Positions 57,296 through 64,000 of a stretch of DNA of 64,000 nt are shown in pieces. The notes below the pieces were generated by a model. The model did not search any database. It was not told where the DNA came from and worked only from the letters and a program-made list of their open reading frames with translations. The stretch comes from an uncultured Planctomycetia bacterium. Lineage in GTDB: Bacteria; Omnitrophota; Gorgyraeia; Duberdicusellales; 4484-171. The position numbers were made by a program, and so were the translations under genes. Location of the stretch: NCBI GenBank assembly GCA_964629655.1, contig CAZVQU010000001.1, positions 484,056-548,055 on the forward strand, in the 5' to 3' direction. How positions within the stretch are numbered: the first letter of the stretch is position 1; every line of letters begins with the position of its first letter.

Positions 57296-58092
57296 CGCTG
57301 ACAGTGCTTGCAAAAACAAGTTCCTCTTCCTCCTAAAGAAATCTTCTCCAGGGGTCTTTTGCAACTATAGCAGGTTTTATCTTTTCTCCCGTATACCTTT
57401 AACCTTTTTTCCATTCCGCCCCTGTCTCCTCCTAAATCCCGATAGGTGTCGACTGATGACCCTTTATACTTTATGGCTTCTTTTAACACCGAGACTATTT
57501 TTTCGTAGAGACATTTTATCTCTCTCTCGTTCAAAGAGTCAGAGGGCCTTCTAGGGTCTATCTTAGCTAAGAATAGAGCTTCTTGAGCGTAAATATTTCC
57601 TAACCCGGAGATTAGAGTTTGATCTAGGAGTAAGACTTTTATCTTGGTCTTTTTGGCCATTAAAAGTTCTTTGAATTTAGTTAATCTCATGTCCAAAGCT
57701 TCAGGCCCCAATGTTTTTATAAATTTTAGATCTTCATAGTCCTTACACAGCCTTAATTCTCCTAACACCCGAGAATCCATATAATTTAAGACCTTGCCAT
57801 CGGAGAGATAAAAAACTGCCCGGGCTCTGGGGTCTTCTTCCCCATAAAGAAGCCAACCTGATATTCTTAAATGTATTACTAAAAACTTATCTTCTTTTAA
57901 TTGAATTATGATAAGTTTAGCTCGGCGGCTTACCGCTTTAACTTTTTCACCGATTAAGCCCCTTTTAAAACCGGCAGCCGAGGGTTCTTTAATCAGTGCC
58001 GGTTTAGCTATCTTAAAATTAACAATTTTTTTGTTGGTAATCTTTTCGGCGAGTTCTCTTCTTATTGTCTCAACTTCTGGTAGCTCTGGCAT
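57292..58092 (-). CDS. mutM: Formamidopyrimidine-DNA glycosylase
   Basis: MPELPEVE N-terminus and a C-terminal zinc finger CxxC...CxxC. Confidence 0.9.
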   Translation of the reverse strand: MPELPEVETIRRELAEKITNKKIVNFKIAKPALIKEPSAAGFKRGLIGEKVKAVSRRAKLIIIQLKEDKFLVIHLRISGWLLYGEEDPRARAVFYLSDGKVLNYMDSRVLGELRLCKDYEDLKFIKTLGPEALDMRLTKFKELLMAKKTKIKVLLLDQTLISGLGNIYAQEALFLAKIDPRRPSDSLNEREIKCLYEKIVSVLKEAIKYKGSSVDTYRDLGGDRGGMEKRLKVYGRKDKTCYSCKRPLEKISLGGRGTCFCKHCQR

Positions 58093-58095
58093 CTC

Positions 58096-58491
58096 TTATC
58101 CTTTAATAACTTTTACATAAACTTTTCTACTTCTTGGCCCGTCAAACTCACAAAAGTATACTCCCTGCCAAGTCCCTAAGGCTAGTCTTCCACCTTCGAC
58201 AATAATATTTAATGAACTGCCTAAAACAGAGGCTTTTATATGAGAATCAGAATTTCCTTCAAGATGAGAATATCCTTTTCCTTCGGGAATTAGCCTACCA
58301 AGATGATTGATAATATCTTTTTTAACTGAGGGGTCGGCATTTTCATTTATGGTTAAGGCGGCAGTTGTATGAGGACAAAAAATAATACAGAGTCCGGAAT
58401 CTATTTTTGCCTGGCTAAGGAACTTGCTGACATCTTTAGTGATATCAACAAATTCGTCTCTCTCTTTGGTAGTTATTCTTATGGTTTGCAT
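58096..58491 (-). CDS. YjbQ/UPF0047 family protein, copy 2
   Basis: LCIIFCPHTTAALTINE, GNSDSHIKASVLG and LALGTWQGVYFCEFDG motifs. Confidence 0.75.
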   Translation of the reverse strand: MQTIRITTKERDEFVDITKDVSKFLSQAKIDSGLCIIFCPHTTAALTINENADPSVKKDIINHLGRLIPEGKGYSHLEGNSDSHIKASVLGSSLNIIVEGGRLALGTWQGVYFCEFDGPRSRKVYVKVIKG

Positions 58492-58494
58492 CTC

Positions 58495-58722
58495 TTAGAT
58501 AGATCTCAAAACAAGAAGTATAAAGGCAATGATTAGAAAAACCGCTATCACTGAAACCCAGGGGCTTTTTTTGCGCCAGACACTCTCTTGGCCGCAATAA
58601 AGACACATAATTGCATCTTGGGGAATTGGTTTCTTGCAATGCGGGCAAGGAATTAGTTTCCCAAAATCTAGATCTTCGTTCTCTTCAGACACAGCGTCAT
58701 AATCAAATTGGCCTTCGCCCAT
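58495..58722 (-). CDS. Small zinc-ribbon protein with a C-terminal transmembrane helix
   Basis: CPHCKK...CLYCGQ zinc ribbon followed by a VIAVFLIIAFILLVL helix. 75 aa. Confidence 0.4.
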   Translation of the reverse strand: MGEGQFDYDAVSEENEDLDFGKLIPCPHCKKPIPQDAIMCLYCGQESVWRKKSPWVSVIAVFLIIAFILLVLRSI

Positions 58723-58733
58723 CTTTACAAATC

Positions 58734-59246
58734 CTATTTTAAGTTCTTATAGATTCCTTGATATTCTTCGGTCTCATCGACCGCGATAAACATCAACTGG
58801 ACTACCCTGGCATTCTGCTTAAGGTTTATTCCCTTCGGGTTGGAAACCACTAAGATAAATTCACCCCTGCCCTTAAACCCGGCATCCCAGATTCCATTCT
58901 GAGTAAGCGCTCCCATTCTAAGAAGTGAAGTCCGGGTAAAGCCCAAAGCTGCTAAATTATTAGGTAAGTTTACAACTTCATTGGTTCTAACCTTGTAAGC
59001 CCCCTGCGCTAGCTTCCACCAGCCATACTTATCTTGGTCTTTTCTTTTCTCGGGGATCAACTCTTTACCTTCCGGTACCACTCTCTGGGAATTAGAGAAG
59101 TCTAAATCACCGGCAGAGTCAAATTCAAAAACCTTGCCAACGGTTATGTCGAACCCGTTAGGAGTCAGCTGCTTATCCTGGTTAATATAATCTTCAATTA
59201 AATTCTTCTCTTTAATCAATTGTTCAATCTCTTTTTTATTTAACAT
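58734..59246 (-). CDS. dCTP deaminase/dUTPase-fold (Dcd family-like) protein
   Basis: LTPNGFDITVG and GIWDAGFKGRGEFILVVSN...VVQLMF match dCTP deaminase/dUTPase motifs. 170 aa. Confidence 0.6.
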   Translation of the reverse strand: MLNKKEIEQLIKEKNLIEDYINQDKQLTPNGFDITVGKVFEFDSAGDLDFSNSQRVVPEGKELIPEKRKDQDKYGWWKLAQGAYKVRTNEVVNLPNNLAALGFTRTSLLRMGALTQNGIWDAGFKGRGEFILVVSNPKGINLKQNARVVQLMFIAVDETEEYQGIYKNLK

Positions 59247-59688
59247 TCTTAACCTTTCTTTTTATGTAGCTTATTGCCTCTTTAGCACTGTTTACTTTTT
59301 TTATCCCCTCTATCTCCCAAGTATCTATCCCAACTATTAGTTTGGCCTCATTGAAGGCAAAAGCAATTTCGGATAAGGTTCCGTACTCACCGTCAATCGC
59401 AACTACTGCGTCGGCAGCCCTTACCACTAAAATATTCCGGGCATAGCCTAAGCCGGTAGGAATTTTTACATCTACATACCTATTAACATCTTTGCCGTTG
59501 GAACTGGGAAGGATCCCCACGGTTAAACCGTTTTGTTTCTTAGCGCCTTTGCAGGCTGCTTCCATTACTCCGGTTCTGCCTCCGCAGACTAAAATCCATC
59601 CTTGTGCGGCGATAAGGCTGCCTATTTCTTCGGCTAGACGATAAATTTTTTTGGAACATTTATGCCCGCCTACTACTGCAATATTCAT
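59236..59688 (-). CDS. TIGR00725/SLOG-type Rossmann-fold protein (LOG/DprA-like superfamily)
   Basis: IAVVGG...LVCGGRTGVMEA and AVVAIDGEYGTLSE pattern. 150 aa. Overlaps the Dcd-like gene by 11 nt. Confidence 0.55.
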   Translation of the reverse strand: MNIAVVGGHKCSKKIYRLAEEIGSLIAAQGWILVCGGRTGVMEAACKGAKKQNGLTVGILPSSNGKDVNRYVDVKIPTGLGYARNILVVRAADAVVAIDGEYGTLSEIAFAFNEAKLIVGIDTWEIEGIKKVNSAKEAISYIKRKVKNVK

Positions 59689-59733
59689 CTTTTGTTTCTG
59701 GTGTCCACTTTTGTAGCAGCTCTTTTTTACTTT

Positions 59734-61362
59734 TTACCAATCAAGGGATTCCGGCAGCTTTCTGCAACCCTGATTTACTTTTTCAACACACTCGTTTACC
59801 GTTCTTAGCATTTTCGCTCGTACTTCAGGCGGGGCATCTTCTACTCCTATTCCCATCATTCTACAGAATGCCCCATAAAAATTACTACAGCCTGAACGAG
59901 TCATGGTCTCCTTGTATATTGTTCTAAAGGCTTCCACCCCTTCTTTGATTTTGGCTTCGCTTTCTCCTTGGCCTCGCCAAGTTTCAATCATTCCCTGTTC
60001 TCTTTTAGTAAGTATACTAACGCATTGTTCGACACTATGATACATTCCCTGGCCCCTATCTTTCATCTGCTTGCGCGTGCTCGCCTCAAGGTTTGAATAC
60101 AATACGCCTTGTATCTCAAGGTATATCGGGCAGTATTTCTGGTAAAAACCTTCTAATTCAAATGCCCTTACGTTGATTAAACCCCGGTTGCGGTGTTTTT
60201 TTCTAATTTTTCCCCTTCGATAAAGGTATTTTATTTTTCTATCTTCAGGAACTTCCAGCACTATCTCAAGAGAAGATTTTTTATTATTTTGTAAAAAGCC
60301 CGATTTAATAAGTGAGTAAAGAGTAATTCTGAATTCATATTTTCCTTCCGAGTCAGTAAAAGTTTCAACTAATCCCGGCATTTTTACCTTTAAGCCTTTG
60401 ATTTTTTCTCTTGGACCAATGACTTTCCCAGTCACTTTATACTCTCGGTTTAATTCCTCAATTAAATCTTTAAATCTTTCAAGTACATTTTGAGTGTATT
60501 TCTCCATGTTCTCGTTTACCATTACCCGAAAGAAAGGCTTAAGATAAGGCAGAATTATAACTCCTTTTAGATACTTATTAAACTCCTCCTTTTTTTCTCC
60601 CAGCCTCCCTTTTGAGCATCGCACCATGCCAGCACTGCCGGAATTTTCAGATCGGTAAGTTGCCTCAACATACTCGAGGTTATTCCATACCTGGTGTTCA
60701 AGAAAGTTATCAACTATTATCATTACTTCTTCTTTAGTTTTTACGTTGCTTTGTCGAAATGTATTTTTCAGCCCTTCTAATGCTATCTTCCCGTCAGTCC
60801 ACTCTTTAAAATAAAATCTAAATGCACTACACCAAAAATCGTCATGTTTTTTGTATAATATATCGGCAATTTTACCTAAATACCATTCAACAGCAACGGC
60901 TCCGACTACGCCTAGCTTCATGCCTCGTGAACCCCATTTACCAATAGCGTAAAAAAGACTCCCTTTAGAAAAGTTGACATTGGCGGCTTTAAAATCTTGA
61001 TTGATTAAATCAATGCCTAGTTGAAGGACAACTAAACCGCCGCCCACCTCACCAAGCATTGAATTAATATTGCTTAGAAAAGAAAGGCTTAGGCACTCCT
61101 CCAAAACAGTAAAAACTGCTCCTTGTAACCCGAGATTTTGATTGAAAGCTTGCCAGCCGGCACCTATAGCCTCTTTTGGCGCAAACCCGTCAGATATTCC
61201 AAATTCAGAAAACTCAAATTCTTGCCTTGCATAATTGACTATGTCATCTGAGTATAAATACCTGGTAGGTACTTTTTCTAAAGCCTGAGAAGAATACCCA
61301 AAACAAGGCTTAAGGTATAAGAAAAAAATACCAACAAAAATTGCTACTTTTAGTTTACGCAT
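59734..61362 (-). CDS. Secreted hypothetical protein, 542 aa, no recognisable domain
   Basis: N-terminal signal peptide (VAIFVGIFFLYLKPCFG). Multiple Cys in the C-terminal third. No motif matched. Confidence 0.5.
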   Translation of the reverse strand: MRKLKVAIFVGIFFLYLKPCFGYSSQALEKVPTRYLYSDDIVNYARQEFEFSEFGISDGFAPKEAIGAGWQAFNQNLGLQGAVFTVLEECLSLSFLSNINSMLGEVGGGLVVLQLGIDLINQDFKAANVNFSKGSLFYAIGKWGSRGMKLGVVGAVAVEWYLGKIADILYKKHDDFWCSAFRFYFKEWTDGKIALEGLKNTFRQSNVKTKEEVMIIVDNFLEHQVWNNLEYVEATYRSENSGSAGMVRCSKGRLGEKKEEFNKYLKGVIILPYLKPFFRVMVNENMEKYTQNVLERFKDLIEELNREYKVTGKVIGPREKIKGLKVKMPGLVETFTDSEGKYEFRITLYSLIKSGFLQNNKKSSLEIVLEVPEDRKIKYLYRRGKIRKKHRNRGLINVRAFELEGFYQKYCPIYLEIQGVLYSNLEASTRKQMKDRGQGMYHSVEQCVSILTKREQGMIETWRGQGESEAKIKEGVEAFRTIYKETMTRSGCSNFYGAFCRMMGIGVEDAPPEVRAKMLRTVNECVEKVNQGCRKLPESLDW

Positions 61363-61373
61363 TGCTTAATAAT

Positions 61374-61874
61374 TTAGAAGTCCCATCCACCGCTGACCGT
61401 CTCTTCTGATTCCCAATCTAATTCCTTTTGAAATTCTTCATTTTCTTCTTTGGCTCGGCTTTGCCCGGAGTAGCGATTTTCTGCAGATCTAGGATCTTCG
61501 GTCGCGGTTAAATTGTTAACCGGTTTTAAATAGACAGAGACACTTTGATGCCTTTCGTTTTTGGGTAAATTGGGATATACGGTGTAAGTACCGGCTTCTA
61601 AGGTTTTATTGACCGCATTTTTCGGGTTCCAAAATTTATAAATATTTTTTACCCGGTAGCCTTCTTTTTTGTTTATCCAGAAACCCCTTTTGCCTCCGGT
61701 TACTTTTGTAATAACTGACTTTTGTGATAAGGCAACAGGTTCTGATTCAAGTTTTGCGCTGAAATGTTGGCCGAGTTTGGATTGAGTGCCTGATAAAATG
61801 TAAGTATTTTGTGAAAAGGATATTTGGGCAAAAGACAAAAGCCAGATACAAATAATCAGTCTTTTTGCTATCAT
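61374..61874 (-). CDS. Secreted hypothetical protein, 166 aa
   Basis: Signal peptide (LIICIWLLSFAQISFSQ). Acidic C-terminus ending in GGWDF. Confidence 0.5.
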   Translation of the reverse strand: MIAKRLIICIWLLSFAQISFSQNTYILSGTQSKLGQHFSAKLESEPVALSQKSVITKVTGGKRGFWINKKEGYRVKNIYKFWNPKNAVNKTLEAGTYTVYPNLPKNERHQSVSVYLKPVNNLTATEDPRSAENRYSGQSRAKEENEEFQKELDWESEETVSGGWDF

Positions 61875-62036
61875 TTCCTCATTCTCCCCAGATCCTCTTT
61901 AGTTTATTTTGCTGCTGGAAATTTTCCTTTTCGATTGCAAACTGTTTATATTTTAATATCTATCTGTAGGTAAGGCAAGGATTTTTGTTTTATTGCCAAA
62001 AAGAGCATGCCGATCGCCAGCCAATGAACAAATAAT

Positions 62037-62108
62037 TGTCCCCGGCAGGACTCGAACCTGCATTTTTGGCTCCGGAGGCCAACGCTCTATCCGTTGAGCT
62101 ACGGGGAC
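62037..62108 (-). tRNA. tRNA-Arg (anticodon CCG)
   Basis: Minus-strand 72 nt. Acceptor GTCCCCG/CGGGGAC. Anticodon loop CTCCGGA. T-arm GGTTCGAGTCC. CCA not encoded. Confidence 0.85.
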
Positions 62109-62135
62109 GCCTTATCTAGGATAAGAAAACTACTC

Positions 62136-62642
62136 TTAGGGATTCAGATTGATTAGAAGAGACTTGATGAGCCTTTTAAAGCTCCACTCCAGATAAACAC
62201 TATCGCCGGTCTTTGCCCCTGATAAGTTCTTGGAGAATAAAACTCTCATCTTCTTTTCCCCTAAGATATTCTCTAGCTCTTCTAAAGCTCTCTTGCTCCC
62301 AGCCCCAGAACCGAAAGTTAAAAAGCAAGCTGCTGTTTTGTTTTCTAGGCCGCTAGCTTTATTTAAATAGCTACGCAGAGCCGGCGCATAGGTAAAAGCC
62401 CAGACCGGAGAAGCAAAGATAATAAAATCATAGGCTCCTAAATCATAATCAACCTCTAGCAGACGGGGTTTTTTCTTCAAGGCTGCCTCTAGGCACTGTT
62501 TAAAAAAAGGAACTACTTCTTTTTCTAATTTTAAATCAATTAAGTCTAGGCTGCTACCTAAGCCCCCGATCGCCTCTTGTAAGAATAAGCAGGCCTTTCT
62601 GGTATTGCCGGAAAACGAATAAAAAACTGCTGCCCCACGCAT
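62136..62642 (-). CDS. Flavodoxin-like fold protein (NAD(P)H-dependent FMN reductase/flavodoxin family)
   Basis: N-terminal AAVFYSFSGNTRK and IIFASPVWAF motifs. Confidence 0.65.
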   Translation of the reverse strand: MRGAAVFYSFSGNTRKACLFLQEAIGGLGSSLDLIDLKLEKEVVPFFKQCLEAALKKKPRLLEVDYDLGAYDFIIFASPVWAFTYAPALRSYLNKASGLENKTAACFLTFGSGAGSKRALEELENILGEKKMRVLFSKNLSGAKTGDSVYLEWSFKRLIKSLLINLNP

Positions 62643-62645
62643 AGC

Positions 62646-63881
62646 TTAAAATAATTTTAGCTGATCTGCTACCTTTTCATCTTCTTTCTTAAAGATTTTA
62701 ATTATACCATACTCACCATCATGACCAGGGATTACCTCTATATCCTTATCTCTTACTTTTTTTATACCCTCGGCTACTCTGCCCGGTAACTTATTAAACA
62801 GTTCATCGACTGACATCTTATTCAAAATATTAAACTCACTCCCGTTAGCGTAGATTATATCTAAATACTCGCGTTGAACAGCCTTGCTTTGTTTGCCCAC
62901 ACCTTTAGCCTCAGCAATTATTTCATCTAAACATACCCTGCTCTTGTAGCTGATAGCATTCTCGGGAATGAACCCTTCTTCGGTGTCTGCTAGTTCTTCT
63001 ACTCGGCTTAATACCCCTCGGGTTAGAGGCTTCTTGCAAACCGGGCAATTACCTTGATGCTTTTTCGTCTCCTCAGGATGAAAGTTCACCTTACAATTTC
63101 TATGTCCATCATAATGGTATCTGCCTTCCTCGGGAAAGAATTCTATAGTATAAAGAAACTTCTCCTTATCCTTAGTCTCTAAAACATGTTTGATCTCTTG
63201 ATAGCTAAGTTCACAACCAAAGACATTAGCCTCTCGGCCAATTCGAGAAGGAGAGTGAGAATCAGAGTTTGAAACTAAGGAATACTTACCGATCTTTGAA
63301 ACCCTCCAATTCATCGCCGGGTCAGAAGAAAGCCCGGTCTCTAAGGCAGTTATTTTCTCGGTGTATTCCCCGTAAGCGTCTTCAAGGGAATTAAAGCCTG
63401 ACCTTGAACCAAAGACTGAGAACCAAGGTGTCCAGATGTGAGCCGGGATTAACATTAAATCTGAAGATATTTTAAATAACTCTTCGGCTAATTTCTTGCA
63501 GCTTAAGCCTAATATCGGCCGGCCGTCAGAAGCAATATTACCATGGGATGAGAGCATCTTGTTTATCTCGCCAACCACCTCCAAAGAGGGAGCCAACACC
63601 ACATTATGAACCCGGTAGACTCCTCCGTCTTGAGAAAAAATACTTGAAATCTCAGCTGAAGGTATAAAGCGGATACCTTGATAAATATATAGACCGCTCT
63701 TTTTATCAGGCACTAAATATCTTTTTAGCTCCTGGCACCAGAGATGGTGGGTAAAGTCTCCAGTTCCCAGCAGGTCTACCCCTTTAAGCTTAGCCCACTT
63801 GGCTAAGTTAGGAATATCCATAGACCGGGAAGTGGCCCGGGAATATTTTGAGTGGATATGAAAATCAGCTACAAACTCCAT
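62646..63881 (-). CDS. PHP-domain protein with a C-terminal Zn-ribbon (endonuclease Q-like, TIGR00375-type)
   Basis: DFHIHSKYSRATS PHP motif with further His/Asp motifs. CPVCKK...C Zn-ribbon near the C-terminal third. Confidence 0.55.
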   Translation of the reverse strand: MEFVADFHIHSKYSRATSRSMDIPNLAKWAKLKGVDLLGTGDFTHHLWCQELKRYLVPDKKSGLYIYQGIRFIPSAEISSIFSQDGGVYRVHNVVLAPSLEVVGEINKMLSSHGNIASDGRPILGLSCKKLAEELFKISSDLMLIPAHIWTPWFSVFGSRSGFNSLEDAYGEYTEKITALETGLSSDPAMNWRVSKIGKYSLVSNSDSHSPSRIGREANVFGCELSYQEIKHVLETKDKEKFLYTIEFFPEEGRYHYDGHRNCKVNFHPEETKKHQGNCPVCKKPLTRGVLSRVEELADTEEGFIPENAISYKSRVCLDEIIAEAKGVGKQSKAVQREYLDIIYANGSEFNILNKMSVDELFNKLPGRVAEGIKKVRDKDIEVIPGHDGEYGIIKIFKKEDEKVADQLKLF

Positions 63882-64000
63882 ATGCTTAACTCTCTCTTAA
63901 AGCCTTAACTGTTAACGTTTCTAAATTATCGCTCGGATAACTAAAAGTGTCAAAAGATAATATTGGAATTAATCTTTGTGGCGGGAATAGATAACTTTGC

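Noticed and set aside
58445-58648. 67-aa minus-strand ORF overlapping the 75-aa Zn-ribbon/TM ORF
   Set aside because: It is an alternative frame of the same locus. The 58495..58722 frame has a coherent CxxC...CxxC plus TM architecture and better spacing from yjbQ.
1-64000. CRISPR arrays, IS elements, integrases, prophage or toxin-antitoxin modules
   Set aside because: No direct-repeat/spacer periodicity, no transposase, recombinase or phage structural genes were found. The three tRNA genes are not flanked by integrases or direct repeats.

Overview
AT-rich bacterial chromosomal segment of about 64 kb, almost entirely coding, with nearly every gene on the minus strand. No CRISPR array, transposase, integrase or large repeat was seen. 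Most of the window is core housekeeping, and this part is confidently recognisable: era, tsaD, gatCAB, rpoD, dnaG, pheST, infC-rpmI-rplT, thrS, pyrK/pyrD/pyrF, a bifunctional pabBC, mutM, a Bacteroidetes/Chlamydia-type V-ATPase operon (E, DUF2764-like, A, B, D, I, K), TrkAH and three tRNAs (Leu-GAG, Val-TAC, Arg-CCG). The most unusual region is at the left edge (1..7190). It is a compact, promoter-driven, ACP-dependent ketosynthase/chain-length-factor operon of type II PKS-like architecture. Its accessory genes are atypical: an acyl-CoA/AMP ligase, a DeoD-like nucleoside phosphorylase, a PCP_red-like mini-protein, a ketopantoate-reductase-family reductase, a tandem Cys-rich TIGR04076-like protein and a PF04199-type cyclase. 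This set does not match canonical FASII, actinomycete aromatic PKS or aryl-polyene/flexirubin clusters. Other points worth a second look are an orphan promoter-to-terminator unit between pheT and a PAC2-family operon, a PilZ/coiled-coil/alpha-toroid fusion coupled to a TPR-transglutaminase lipoprotein, a FIST/HK/RR-GGDEF operon with a GGDDF motif, a bactofilin-HTH pair, two secreted ORFan proteins, and reduced aaRS architectures with a free-standing Trbp111-like tRNA-binding protein. Coordinates of hand-derived non-ORF features may be off by 1-2 nt. All family assignments are from motif-level reading of the translations, not database searches.
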